Positions 29,809 to 43,530 of a stretch of 64,000 nt of DNA are shown piece after piece (positions within the stretch are counted from its first letter, which is position 1; each line of letters opens with the position of its first letter). The position numbers and the translations under genes were made by a program. Origin of the DNA: the human T2T-CHM13v2.0 reference genome, Homo sapiens. Under the pieces are notes generated by a model that was given only the letters and a program-made list of their open reading frames with translations, did not search any database and had not been told where the DNA came from. Where the stretch lies: NCBI RefSeq assembly GCF_009914755.1, contig NC_060925.1, one strand, 5' to 3'.

Positions 29809-30645
29809 GGATAGGTCCTCAAATAATGCCATTTTGTTGAATGTCGTTTTATTATAACATGGGTGACAAAAAAATTGCTTCCTGGCAAGGCCACTGTCTG
29901 TGTGGAGTTGCACATTTTCCCCATGTCTACGTGGGTTTTCTCAAGGTACTCTGGTTTCCTCCCATTAGGTGAATAGGAGTGTCCCCCTAGTCCCAATGTG
30001 AGTGAGTGTGGGTGTGTGTGAGGGCGCCCTGTGATGGGATGGTGGTCTATCCGTGGTGGGTTCCCACCTGATGCCCTGAGCTGCCCAGATGGGACCTGAC
30101 CACCCTCAACCCTGAACTGGAATAAGCAGGTTGGAAAATGAATGGATACAAATTGTTGTCAAATAAATATTCTTCAACTCTACAATAATCACACAAATGC
30201 ATGCCAATGAATCATGCAGTACCAAATTGCTCAGTGAGTCTGTGCTATTTGTGATTGTTTTTGAACTGCTTGGTGATAGGAAGTGCTCCTTACAATTTTT
30301 GCTATGCAAACATATATTGCTTGATTTAACCTACAACCACGACGATGGTAGCCATTTACTGATTCACCAAAAATTGGGTAAATAATTATCTTACTCGTTG
30401 TTATTCATCTTTCTTAAATGTATATATAGCTCACATTTATTTCAAAGTTTAATATTATTACAAGTGTTTTGGTCTTTATTTAAAAGTTTGGTTATGTTTT
30501 GTGATCACAGATATGCCGTGGGAACTTAACTCTTGTTTATATCAATTCACCTATGGTAAAGTTGGTTTTGTTATACAAAGTTTCACTTAAAGTCACAGCT
30601 TCTAAGAACTTAATGATGACATTGGATGACATTGAGGACTTGCTA
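29809..30645 (+). mobile_element. MER6-like TcMar-Tigger element, near full length
   Basis: AGGTCCTCAAATAATG start, GGCCACTGTCTGTGTGGAGTTGCAC...CCCCATGTCT.CGTGGGTTTTCTC core, TGAGGACTTGCT end. Confidence 0.85.
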
Positions 30646-30687
30646 TATTTACATATATTATCTTCCCTAGTGTTTACTACATCTCTC

Positions 30688-30957
30688 TTTTTTAATTTCT
30701 AGTTTTTGTGGGTACGTAGTAGGTGTAAATATTTATGGGATATGTGAGACATTTTGACACAGGTGTACAATGCATATTAATCACATCAGGGTAAATGGTG
30801 TATCCATCACCTCAGGTATTCATCCTTTCCTTGTGTTGCAGACAATCCAATTATATATACCCTCTTAGTTATTTTAAAATGTACAATTAAATTATTATTG
30901 ACTATAGTCACCCAGTTGTGCTATCAAATACTAAAATCTTAGTTATTCTTTCTATCT
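30688..30957 (-). mobile_element. L1MA-type 3' terminal fragment
   Basis: TTTTTGTGGGTACGTAGTAGGTGTA..ATTTATGGG...TTATTGACTATAGTCACC. Flanked by TACATCTCT duplication. Confidence 0.85.
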
Positions 30958-31369
30958 TACATCTCTTTTAATTCCCTCCCAGCTCTAAACACAGTGCTGG
31001 GCACTAGTAGGCAGCCAATAATTTACATATATTGTAAGCTCCTGGAGGGCAAAGACATCTCTCACATCTTTTTTGCTTTCTACTGTTTATTTGGGTACAC
31101 ACAAAAAGATGAGCTGGTTTAAAGAGAACATAAAGCTTTTAGACTAAAAAAACAGCCAAAAATAGAAAACCATTTAATAATTTAAAATACAGATATTACG
31201 TGATAACGCAACATGGAAAAGCCACCAATGAATAATTACAGTTTGGTAAAAATGACTCTATTCCATCCTGCCTTGTCCTTTTAGAATTCCCGCTGCAGCA
31301 GCTGGGTAAATTGATTCATCTCTTTCCCTTTCTCTGCCCTTCCCTTCCCTCTCTTCCTCCTCCTTATTC

Positions 31370-31460
31370 TTTAACAGCTTTATTGAGGTATAATTTACAT
31401 ATCATGCAATTTACTCAGTGTAAGTACACATTCAGTAATTTTTGATAAATTTATAGAGTT
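31370..31460 (-). mobile_element. L1M 3' terminal fragment
   Basis: TTAACAGCTTTATTGAGGTATAATTTACAT..., preceded by a CT-rich tail-derived tract. Confidence 0.7.
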
Positions 31461-32569
31461 TCTTACATCTCTTTTGATTCCCCCCAGCATTAAACACTGG
31501 GCTGGATATTAATAGGCAGCCAATAAGCCCTTACTGGAAGAATTTAGTTATAGATCTTTAAGTATTGAACCAGACTTCTTATTGTAGTTGGTTCACGTGA
31601 ACTACTATTTAAAACCCAAATCCATTATGACATGACACTTTTCCTGGTAGTCTGAGCATTAGTATCTTCTCTAAGCCATACAGAAGGGTAGAATACGGAA
31701 TTGTTCTTACATGGAGAATTCAGATACTGCATATACGTTCTGAGAAGAGTTGTACTGTCAGCAGTTTCAGCACTTGATGCTGCTTCGAAGATTGAACCCA
31801 GACAAACTAAATTCTGTTCCTGAAGAACCAAATACTCTGAACTTCCCAGGCAAGAACTAAACTCTTGTAACAAACAGTTCACTCAAAGGATTATACCTGT
31901 GTGTCAGACACATGCTTTAATAAGTTATGTTAAAGGCCTTTACAAATTCCAAAGCAGCATACAAATGAAAGGAATTGAACTTTGTGATTTATACTCACTT
32001 ATTTTTCCTGGGCTAATAGGTTCAGTCACTTAGAGGACAATGAGCATTCTTTGGTACCAACAACAAGAGAAAAAGCTCGAATATATTTTGCTGGATGAGA
32101 ATGTGGTAACAATTAAGAATTTTCTTTAAAAAGGTGAATTTCATATTTTCTTTTAAAAAAATGCTAGTAACAAATGCAATCCATAAATATTAGATATTTT
32201 AATTTTTGTTAAACATTTTATGTTCACTATGACATTTATTTATAGGCCATCAGAAATTCAATAGAAAATCAGGGAATTAAATAAAAGAATAACTTCACAG
32301 TTTATAATTGCATCTCATTTTATTTATAGTAAGGCATGCTTAAAATATATCATTTTTGCCACGTAGTTACAAAATCCTTTATTATGCTTTAAGTGTGACA
32401 TAATATTTTTCTAATTTGATGTGCAAAATATAATAAATGATGTTTGTGTCTGGAAGAAAAATGTATTTTATTTTATTATCAGGAATAAATATGTACTGAA
32501 ATAGTACAGGAATGGGATTAATGAGTATATATGAAGATATGATCAGATCTCCCCCACCCCACCACCACC

Positions 32570-33150
32570 ACCACTACACACTGCTTAAATCTCTTCAACA
32601 AATCTTCATTGGTCTAAGATCATGGTCCTTAGCATGGTGCATAAGACCTTCCTATCTAGCCTTCTAGGTCTAGAGTCAATTCTCTGGTCACCGAACTTAC
32701 TTTATGTCCCGATATTATAAAATAATTTATAGTTCCCAGGACAATCACTGTTATTCCTATTTCCTGCACATCTATTTCCTTTCTCAACATTGCTGCTCCT
32801 TCCCTCCCTCCACCTGGTTCTCCCAACCACGCCCCAAGACTGACTGTCTGGAAAAATCCCCATTCATCCTTTAAAACTGTTCAGATACCTATTCTGGGAA
32901 GCTTTTCCTGCTTTTGTACACAAATAGATTAAACACATTACTTTTTTCTGTTATTGTCTGTGGGTTTAGGGGTACTATTTCTGAACCAAGAGCAGAGTTC
33001 TATTATTTAACCTTTTCCTCTGTTTCATAATTATTTATTTACAGGTCTGTCTCCCCTATGAAACTTGAGCTCCTCGATGGCAGGAACCATTCCTTATTGA
33101 CCTCTGTCTGCCCACTGTCGGACACTAGGCCTGGCCATGCTCAATAAATG
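32570..33150 (+). mobile_element. L2 3' region
   Basis: CTGCTTAAATCTCTTC...GTCTGTCTCCCC...GAGCTCCTCGATGGCAGGAACC...GCTCAATAAATG. Confidence 0.65.
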
Positions 33151-34055
33151 TAAATCTCTTACTTACTCTAGGCCTAAACAATTAATTTTATATTTTTAAA
33201 AATATATCCTGAAATAACTTTACAAGTGATTTGTACTCATTTATATTGTCACCAGAACACAAAAGTGGAAGAAGTTTAATGTAAGTTTCATCATCTGCTC
33301 ACCCGCACTGGGTGTTACCTTTTTCTTTAAGTTACACATGACCAGCAATGGTGGAAGGGTGGCAGGGCAAGGGCTGGGGGCATGCAGAGTGTGAAATATG
33401 CTAGAAAATATAACCATATACTAGAAACATGAAAATCATTACCTTATATTTCTCAGGTAGTAGGTTGGAAACAGAGATTTGGGGTTACCTAAAGAGTGTG
33501 GTGCCCTGAGTGCTTCTGACTGGGTCTTTTTATGAATGAGAAGATCCGTGTCATAGTGTCCTTTCCAAGCACATTTGAAAAGTGAGCATTTGGCAGTGCT
33601 CATGCTTGTTTTGGGCCAAGTAATAATTTGTATACCCTTCACTATTCACAGTTGATTACATGATTGTGGATTTCAAAAATTGCACACTTCCTTTTTTTCC
33701 GTGTTTACACATAAGTCAATATTAATGTTTAAGTTCACTTCTTGTTTGGAAGCAAGGCACACATAGTAAGAGTAATGTGTGTCATTTTTTCAGCCTCTTG
33801 GAAGCTAAGTAATTCTTTCCCTCCTCTGGACTATATTTTCTAAAGATATTTCTTGTTTCACTGATAAAAATAATCACAGAGGACTTTTGCCCCCTAAGGT
33901 GTTATTTTGATCTTGGGAATTAAGCTCTAATTGAGCAGCTGAGAAAGATCCTGCTATAAATGTTAATGATGAAGCCAGCTTTTCTAATGAACTCCAGCTG
34001 ATGAGGGGGAAGGAGGAAGAAAAGCGGAAACAGCAAGAGGTATTGGGAGATGAGC

Positions 34056-34488
34056 TGCATAGAGAGATAAATAGTATCCCCAATATTCATATCCACCTGG
34101 AACCTTAGAATGTGACTTCTTTGGAAATAGGGTCTTTGCAGATATAATTAATTAGCGATCTCAAAATGAAATCATCCCGGACATAATGTGGGCCCTAAAT
34201 CCAATGGCAGGGCCTTATAAAAAGAGAGGACACAGAGAGACACAAGGAGGAGACAGCCATATGAAGATGAAGACAGAGATAAGAGTTATGCCACCACAAG
34301 CCAAGAAATGCACAGGGTCACCACAAGCTGGAGGAGGCAAGGAAGGTGCCTTCTCTGGAGCCTTCAGTGGGAGCATGACCCTGCTGAGACCTTGACTTCG
34401 AACTTCTAGACTCCAGAACTGCGAGAGAATAAATTTCAATTGTTTTAAGCCACCAAGTTTGTTATGACAGCTGTAAGAAACTAATAAA
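34056..34488 (+). mobile_element. MLT1B/C-like solo LTR
   Basis: GGAACCTTAGAATGTGAC..TTTGGAAATAGGGTCTTTGCAGAT...CTCCAGAACTGCGAGAGAATAAATTTC..TTGTTTTAAGCCACC...GAAACTAAT. Confidence 0.88.
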
Positions 34489-34499
34489 GTCTGTATTTT

Positions 34500-35710
34500 T
34501 CAAATTCAGTAATTGCTTATCAACTGTCGACTGTTTGCCAGGCACTGTGCTAGGGGCTGAGTATACAGTAACGAATAAGGTAGACATTAAACCAATGGAC
34601 TACTTATGCTACTGTGAGAATATAAAATAAGGGTATAGTTTGAGGATTTGAGGAAGATTTTGCCCTAAATAAGGCAAAGTATGGGTAGGAGTGTCCAGAT
34701 GCATATTATTATCCAGGTGAACAGGAGGCTACAGACCATTACAGTAGAGGAAAGCTGCACATTCTAAGGAAATTACCAAAAATCTGAGATATTTGGCTGG
34801 ACAAATTGAGAAAATGTATCTTGCCCATGATGTTTGAGAGAGCAGTGATGCAGGATGATGATGCAGGAGAGGCAATTGGGAAGGACCTCATGTAAGTCCT
34901 TGTAGGGTACCTTCAATATTAGATACTTTATTATAAGGGCAATCACAAGCCTTCTGAAGCATTTTTGGAAAGGTGTAATGGGATTCGAGTCATTTTTAAG
35001 AGGTCACTCTTGTTACTCTGTAGAGAAGGAATTGGAGGAAGGCAAGAGTGAGTACAAGGTAACCACATAAGAGGTCAGTGCAGGGGTCCATGTCATTAGT
35101 GGGGATTATAAGATGTAGGCGGATTTAAGATACATTTGGAGGATAGGCATTACAGGACTTGACGTATAGGGGAAGAAGTGAAATAGAGAGATGGCAAGAA
35201 TATACTACATGCTGAGCAGAAAAACTCGAAGAGGAACATGTTTTGTGGAGACAATGACCCTGAATTTACTTTTGGGTTTGTTCTTAGAAGTGTCTTTGAG
35301 ACATCTAAGTAGACATGTAATGTTTGTCATCTAATATACAGTTATAAATTGAGACACTCTCTCTGGCCTGAAGATATAAATGCTAAGTCATCTGAACTGG
35401 GTTGTATTTGAAGCAATGGAAATGAAAGACATCACCTAGGAAGAAAATAGAGAGAGAGGAGAGAACCTGAGAAACAGAAGTGCCCCTAAAAGATATAGAG
35501 ATGGACTTTCAAAAAGAAAAAAAAAACTGGCAGGAAATAGCAGAGGAAAACTGTCTGATGAAGCTAAGGAAAAGAAGTGCCTTAAGGAGAAAATAGGTCA
35601 AACACCACTGGGTATCTTAGCAAGGTGACAATGAAAAATGTCTCTTCTATTTAGCAATGGAGAGCATTAGTGATCTTACCAAAAACTATTGAAGTGGACT
35701 ACAGTGGGCT
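34500..35710 (-). mobile_element. L2 relic
   Basis: GCCAGGCACTGTGCTAGG (antisense L2 3' end) followed by purine-rich antisense L2 body. Confidence 0.7.
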
Positions 35711-36231
35711 GAGGTGGAGGATGGGGTGCCCATAGATCACAGGAATGGGGAATGCTGAGGGAATAGAGGATGCCCAGTCAGAATCCAATTCTCATCTCCA
35801 CCCCAGTGTCTAAGTTTTACAAACTGCCTCGGAAGCAATTCTCGGTGGCCTGACATTGGGATTCTATGCTCTGGTAGAATGAAAGCTTGAAATAAAGATT
35901 ATGTTCAATTGTGTAAAAAGGAAGTCACCTCTCTTCATAGACCTTAGGACACTGAGATTCATCTTGTTGCAATGAAGTGAGTTGATGAAGCGTTGCAGTA
36001 GGAAAGGAGGAGATGAGCCATCATGGAAAGAGAAGAAATAAGCAACACATTCAACCCTGGTGAAGAAATTCGTTCAGACTCTCCAGCAGAGGTAGACAGG
36101 CTAGAAGTCTATTTGCAGGATTTGTATTTTATGCAGCATGTTTGGTGACCTGCTCTCTTCCAGAACTTAAGATTTAGAAATTAGTGTCTGCTTCTCCCAC
36201 CCATTCATTTAAGCTAAGTCCAAGTAACGTG

Positions 36232-36710
36232 TTTTTTAAATTATTATTATACTTTAAGTTCTGGGGTACATGTGCACAACGTGCAGGCTTGTTACATAGG
36301 TATACACGTGCCATGGTGGTTTGCTGCACCCATCAACCCATCATCTACATTAGGTATATCTCCTAATGCTATCCCTCCCCTAGCCCCCACCCCTGACAGG
36401 CCCCGGTATGTGATGTTCCCCTCCCTGTGTTCATGTGTTCTCATTGTTTAATTCCCACTTATGAGTGAGAACATGTGGTGTTTGGTTTTCTGTTCTTGTG
36501 TTTGCTGAGAATGATGACTTCCAGCTTCATCCATTTCCCTGCAAAGGACATGAACTTATCCTTTTTATGGCTTCATAGTATTCCATGGTGTATATGTGCC
36601 ACATTTTCTTTATCCAGTCTATCACTGATGGATATTTGGGTTGGTTCCAAGTCTTTGCTATTGTGAATAGTGCTGCAATAAACATACGTGTGCATGTGTC
36701 TTTATAGTAG
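36232..36710 (-). mobile_element. L1PA (PA7/PA8-like) 3' end
   Basis: TTATTATACTTTAAGTTCTGGGGTACATGTGCAC...GCAATAAACATACGTGTGCATGTGTCTTTATAGTAG. No TSD found. Confidence 0.93.
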
Positions 36711-37479
36711 GTCCTCTGATATTCAAATGATGGAGGGGAATCTCTGAGCCACCTAATCTCTAATGTTCCTTCAACCCAAGCATTTTATGTTTCAAAGAGG
36801 ATAGACACAATGGCTATGCCTGCTTCAGTGTCTTGATAAAAGCTGATTCCAGTTCATGTCTGATCTTTCAGATGACAGTCTCCAATTATTAGTATGGGTT
36901 TCCGATTTCATTTCCAAATAAAATTCAATGACTACCTAAATGGACTGGAACTGAATCCAAGAAAGCTTGATCAAAGACATGTCTTAGGAAGACATTTTCA
37001 CAACAAAATCCAAAGTCTTGGATCTTTAAGGATTTGAATGTCATGAGCTTTATTTAATATAAGCATTTTAGTTAAAAAATATGTATTTCTAAAGCAAGTC
37101 ATCTCATTTTGATAACAGATGTCCTTTCCAAGTCCTTTGACTTTTGCAAGAAAAAGTGGTTTTTTCCTAAGCTTGACCCCAAAATTGAATATTTTCCCTC
37201 TTTTTTGTTTGCATATGTATTTGCTATATCAAAAGTAAGTATTTCACAGTCAATGCAGACAGCAACCCATGATGTGACCACAGAGATAGAGGAAATGGCA
37301 TCTGAAGCAGATATCATTATCACCGGCAGGTAAAGATTAAGCCCAGTATCCTTACCAAGGAGGAAGCCAGTTTTGGGAAGGAATGTGCCAAAGAGCACAA
37401 AGGGATGAGCTGGAGAAAGAAGCGGCAGCCCAGCAACATACAGGGGAGGCAAAGGCTGTGTTTACATAGGCAATTCGCT

Positions 37480-37640
37480 TTAGGCTGCTTTATTATCTTA
37501 TTTGATTCTCACAACACCTTGTGAGGTAGTACCATTTATTATTTCCATTTTTGAGATTATTAGACCAAATCTTCAAGGAATTAAGGTACACAGCTAGAAA
37601 AGAGGACTGGTGAGACTTGAATCCAGGTCATTCTGATTAT
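37480..37640 (-). mobile_element. MIR fragment
   Basis: ATCTTATTTGATTCTCACAACACCTTGTGAGGTAG...CAGCTAG...TTGAATCCAGGTC. Confidence 0.7.
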
Positions 37641-40178
37641 TTTCTTACTGATAATTCCTAAAGGAACATGTAGGTTCTCTGAACTAATTACTTATGTTCT
37701 TCAATGCCTGCATCTCTGTGGGCATATGATAGCTTTCCTATCCCTGACTAGCACAATTATAAGAGCTAACCTGTGGAAAACTGATATTGGTTTTACTTAC
37801 TAGCATAAAGGACAGGGCTTATATTTGTCTCTCTTTTTAGTGAAAGGGAAAAACAGCACAAATAGAGTCTCATTCACATACTTCATATGGAATTTTCAAG
37901 CCAAGCAGACATTTCTCAAATGCAAATAGTAATAGTACTTACCTCACAAGGCAGTTGTGTTTTAATGGAACCATACATTTACCTAATATAATACTTGTAA
38001 TATCATATGCACTCCATTAATTCAATCAATCTTGGTCATATTATTTTGACCATTACTATTATTATCTGCCATATAACATATATTTAAAGGTTATAATTTT
38101 TAAATTAAAAATTTATTGGTGGTATTATAGATTTCAGCTCTATTATGAATATTTAAATACACATTTTCAAACTATTTTAAATCTTTCTTGACTTGAAATA
38201 ATTTATAATGCAAGAAATAATCAGGGAGGTGTTTCTCTTAGATCTGGGTTTTAAAAGGATAAATTCTTAACCGAATCTCATTTTTTACAGGTATACTCAA
38301 TCAAATACTTTACAAGTAATGGCCAAATTCCCTCTAAAAATTATTTTTGAAGACATGTCTTATAATGCAACATTAGATATTAAAGAAATATTATAATTAT
38401 GCATTATTTTCTGTTATTTGTTGACAGTAGTTATCCCCATGTTTTGAGTTTCTAAGTGGAGGCACTTTAACATGATGGGACAACCATTTTAGCCCCCCTG
38501 GGCTGTGTTACCTCACTCACTCCTCCAAATGATCAGATTGGTGAGTTTTAGATGAGAAAGAGGACTTGATAGCGTTATCTCTTTTCGCTCCTTCTTCTTT
38601 CTCATCTCTGCTCCTCTGTGCCATTGTGTTTACCGCCACAGGTTCTGTCCGTGTGAAGGGGTCCTGAAGACCACAGGTTACCCAGGGGCTGAGTGAGGGC
38701 ATTGGGGTCCCATTGTTGCTACACAACCAAGCCACTTTCTCCCAAAACTCCTTGTGCCTTGCTCTTTTGTTTCTCTTTCAGTTAGCTCTGAATCCAAGTG
38801 GGGATCAAGGGAAACCATTTGGAGCCCCTTAAGTGACCAACAAATATGTCTTTATTATTTAATGCCTTTAGGGGAAACAACACACAAAATTGTTGCTATT
38901 GATATCATTTTAATATCTGGACCTCAATAGAAAAAATCAACAATGAAAAGAAATGTTCCTGGCCCTTGAGAAGTTTATATAATTTGCTAGTTTTTATACT
39001 TTGATGGTTTATGTATTTTGACAGTTTTGTGGACATCTAATCAGATGTTAGCACTTAAAGAAATAAAACAGATATAGGTACATTATGTGTTTTGATCAAA
39101 TCCAGCAAACCCTAAGATGTATTTTATAATTTAATTTGCAATTTGGAAGCAGTCATTCCTTTTAGCCATCCAATGCCAGATTACATAAAATTCATGTATT
39201 AGTAACTAAATTATGTCATGTATGTAAAAGTCTTTTATATATTGCAAAAAACATTATGCATATAAAATTGTAAAACATTTTGGTTATAATTATTCCATAT
39301 GTAACATCCTTTCTCTATTTCTACCTGAGCATCTAACACTCAGGCATAAGCTGGTTATAGAGGATATGGGACTAGCTGCCTTCTTTTCTGACTCCAGAAT
39401 AATTCTTACCAAGAAAATTTTTCCAAGTAGAAGTTAAATATTATTCTTGTTTTCTAACTAGCAGTCTTTAACAGGCAGAAAAATCGATGCCATTTCCTCA
39501 ACAGCAAATTATATTCCACTTCTGTACATTATAGCACTTTTCTTGGAGTTGATAAATAAGAAAAAAATACTGATGGTCATTTAACTTAGTAGGATTTACT
39601 TAAATGAACTGACAGAAAGAATTTAACTCTTAAAGTAATTGATTTTTCTCTCCATCAGATGAAAAATGTACAATAGAGTAAATGAAAGTCTTTTAAACAA
39701 GAGTAATTTTCTATTCATTAAAGGAAACATAAAATACACTTATCCAAGCCTTTGAAAAAAATTACTTGCAGGTTATTAACCTATTTTTAAAGAAAGAATT
39801 TTTCAACAGTGTTCAGAGCATTTCCCAACCTGGTATACATTAAAATGGAAAATTTTTCAAACCAAATAAATATTCCTACCTCAATGTTTTTGCTATATAC
39901 CCATGCAGTAAAATAGCTGAGTGTATGTAAGTGATTTGAAGATGACAACTCTCATGACAGGAAATGGCAGCAGGGAGACCTAGAAAAAATCTATACTGAC
40001 CTCGCCACCGTTCATATCCTGTTGGCAGTTGTCACTCCAAAGGCGATATCACATAAAAGCTTTGCAATCTTTAGCTTAAGTTTCCTTAGTAGGGCAAAAT
40101 CCTATTACCTCTAACCCACCCTCTTAGACATCTATTCTCTTCTCTTCACTTTTGCAAACCACTGACAGTTTCACCTAG

Positions 40179-40550
<372 letters not shown>

Positions 40551-41487
40551 TAAATGATCAGTTGTATAAAATGATAGGCTGGTTAATTATGTTTTTCTTA
40601 AAGTTAAATTATGTAGCACTCAACTCCATTTGCCATCTCCTACCTTCACTGGTTTAACTAAATTTTTCTATAGCTGAAACCCTATTGGGATTCAAACTGT
40701 GGTTTTTGAATTTAACTTTAACATATTTTGAATACTTAGCTTGTTTAAATGTTCTTGAAATCTAGGGATAGAAAAAGATTAGCTGTGAATTCTATAAACA
40801 TCATCCATAATTTAGAAAATGTATAGAATTTATAGACATGAGTCTATAGTCCTCTATTCCAAAAAAGTTGGTTGAAAAGTTTAAAAAGGAAAAATTCAAC
40901 TTAATCTTGCCTATTTATACGATGTGAGATGATTAGCATTTGCTTGATATTTTACCATGCTTTACGCCTGTATCTTGTAGACATGTTCTAGGATAAAAGA
41001 AATAGCAAAGATTTCTTCTAAGATCTCATCAGAGATCAATCCAGAAATTGCTAGATGTTTTATATCAGAGGAAACTAATAAGATAATAACTTTGTTATTG
41101 TGCAATCTGCCAATAAACAGTGGTTCCCGTCCCAGTTTCATTATAGTTTTGGGGCAGCTCCCTAGTTTTCTTGGCCCTTGGAAAAGGAGTTCTCATGACT
41201 GTCAAATCAAATAATTCTCTAAAATCACTAATTTATTTTTTTGTTTGTTTTTTTATTCAATATCTACAAAGTGCTAGTGTCATTCCCTTTACCTGGTTGT
41301 TCTTTCCTTCTCCTTGCATGAACTTTATTTCTACTTATCCTTGAATATTTAGGGAAGATGTTAGTGCCTTCATGAAGCCCCTCCCCACCCTTTCTTAAAG
41401 GATGGCATGGTAGAACTTCCAGGATAGTGTGACTCATTCTACTCAACCAGAATGAGTAGAGTAAGTTGCTTTATCCTGGGAATTTCT

Positions 41488-42755
41488 TCTTTTTTTTGAA
41501 TAACACATTTATTGAGATATAATTCACAAGTCACAAATTTCATTCATTTAAAGAGTGCAATTCAATAGGTTTTGTATATTCATAACATTATGTGTCGATC
41601 ACTGTGATTTAATTCTGGACCATGTTCATCACCCCAAAAAGAAACCTCATACCATTATCATGTACTCCCCACTCCCTCTTCCCCCCACCTCCTAGCAACC
41701 ACTAATTTACCTTCTGTCTTTATAGATTTGCCTCTTTTGGACATTTTTTGAATGAAATAAAAATAAGTGGGCTTTTGTGTCTGCCTTCTTTTACTTCATT
41801 TCCTAATGTTTTTAAGAGTCATCCATGCTGTAGCATGTCATTTCTTTTTATGAACAAATAATATTTCGTTGTATAGACATACCACATTTTGTTTATTCAT
41901 TCATCAGTTGATGGTCATTTGCGTAGTTTCCAGTTGTTTTTGGTTACTATGAATAATGCTGCCATGTACATTCACAACGTCAAATCAAATAATTCTCTAA
42001 AATCATTAATTCATTAAAAAATATGTGCATGTTTTATGTGGGCATACATTTTCAATTCTTTTGTATATATACCTAGAAGCGAAATTGCTAGATCATATGG
42101 CAACTTCACGTTTAACATTTTAGGAACGGCCAAACTGCTGTACAAGTGGCTGTACCATTTTACAATGCCACCAGCAATGGACGAAGTTTCTAATTTCTCC
42201 ACATCCTTGGCAACACTTGCTATTCTCCATCTTTGTGACTTGAGTCAACCCAGTGAGCATGAAGTGGTATTTCACTGATATAGTTTGAATGTTGTCCCCT
42301 CTAAATCTCATGCTGAATTGTAATCCCCAATATTGTAGGTGGTGTCTGGTGAGAGGTAACTGCATCATGGGGGAGGATCCCTCATGGCTTGGTGCTGTCC
42401 TCACCATAGTGAGTGAATTCTCACGAGATCTGGTTGTTTAAAAGTATATGGCACCTCCCCCTACCTCTTGCCCCCGCTGTCGCCACGTGAGATGCCTGTT
42501 TCCCTTTCACCATCAGCCATGATTGTAAGCTTCCTGATAGCTTCCCAGAAGCCAAGCAAATGCTGGTGCCACGCTTCTACAGCATGCAGAGCGATGAGCC
42601 AATTAAAATTTTCATTACAAATTACCCAGTCTCAGGTATTCCTTTATAGCAATGCAAAGAATAGCCTAACACACTCAGTGTGGTTTTGATTTGATTTCCC
42701 TGATTAATAATGAGTCCCTCTACATAATTAATGATGCTAAGCATTTTTTAATATA
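41488..42755 (-). mobile_element. L1MB-type 3' region, interrupted by MST LTR
   Basis: TTTATTGAGATATAATTCACA...TCATCACCCCAAAAAGAAACC...TATATACCTAGAAG. Resumes after the LTR at GTGTGGTTTTGATTTG. Confidence 0.88.
42276..42673 (+). mobile_element. MSTA/MSTB-like solo LTR
   Basis: TGATATAGTTTGAATGTTGTCCCCTCTAAATCTCATG...ATTACCCAGTCTCAGGTATTCCTTTATAGCAATGCAA...CCTAACACA. Degenerate TSD TTCAC/CTCAG. Confidence 0.9.
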
Positions 42756-42896
42756 CACTGGAAGATTCTTAAGTGTGGGTCCCAAATATTATTTATTTTA
42801 CTATCTCAGGAACCAAATACAAACTGACATATCATAGGGATACATTTATAGTAATATTTATAAAAAGAATGAATACGTATTTAATTTTTATCAGTA

Positions 42897-43394
42897 TTTG
42901 ATGATGAATTTTGTGTGTCAACTAGACTCGGTTAAGAAGTACCTAGAGAACCGGTAAAGCAGTACTACAGGTATGCCTGTGAGTGTGTTTCAGAGGAGAC
43001 TGGAGTGTGGATCAATAGACTGAGTGAGGCAAGTCTGCCCTCAATGGAGCACTATCCAAATGGCTGAGGGCCTGGATAGAACAGCAAGAGCAATTTCTTC
43101 TCTCTTTCCTGGAGCTGGAATCCTCCTCTTCTCCTGCCCTTAGATAGCAGAACACCAGGCTCTCTGGCCTTGGCATGCTAGGCCTTATAATGCAGCCTCC
43201 TGGATTCTCAGTCTTCCAGCCTCAGACTGAGAATTATACCATTGGCTTCCTGGTTCTGAGGCTTCTGGACTAGGACTGAGCCACACTATCAGCATCCCAG
43301 GGTTGCCAGATTGCAGATAGCCTGTCATGGGACTTCTCATCCTTCACAATTATGTGAGCCAATTCTCCTAATAAATCACCTGTTTATCTATCTA

Positions 43395-43433
<39 letters not shown>

Positions 43434-43448
43434 ATCTATCTATCTATC

Positions 43449-43487
<39 letters not shown>

Positions 43488-43530
43488 CATCTTACTGATT
43501 CTGACTCTCTGAAGAACCCTGACAAATGCA
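42897..43530 (+). mobile_element. MLT2-family (ERV-L) 5' LTR
   Basis: T(T)TGATG..AATTTTGTGTGTCAACT...GAACCCTGACAAATGCA. Homologous to 52514-53090. Preceded by TSD CAGTA (42892-42896). Confidence 0.93.
43385..43484. repeat. Compound (TCTA)n tetranucleotide STR inside 5' LTR
   Basis: About 100 bp of TCTA units with TCA interruptions, read directly. Confidence 0.95.

Noticed and set aside
31625-31882. 85-aa ORF in unique DNA
   Set aside because: Non-ATG start, no recognisable homology, and length within chance expectation.
24717-36710. Two highly similar antisense segments (24717-25345 and 36232-36710) as a segmental duplication
   Set aside because: Both are L1PA 3' ends with different truncation points and unrelated flanks, so independent insertions.
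37249-37330. Possible plus-strand exon (SMQTATHDVTTEIEEMASEADIIITG, cag...CAG|gtaaag)
   Set aside because: Protein-like composition, but I recognise no homology, the acceptor is weak and no partner exons are evident.
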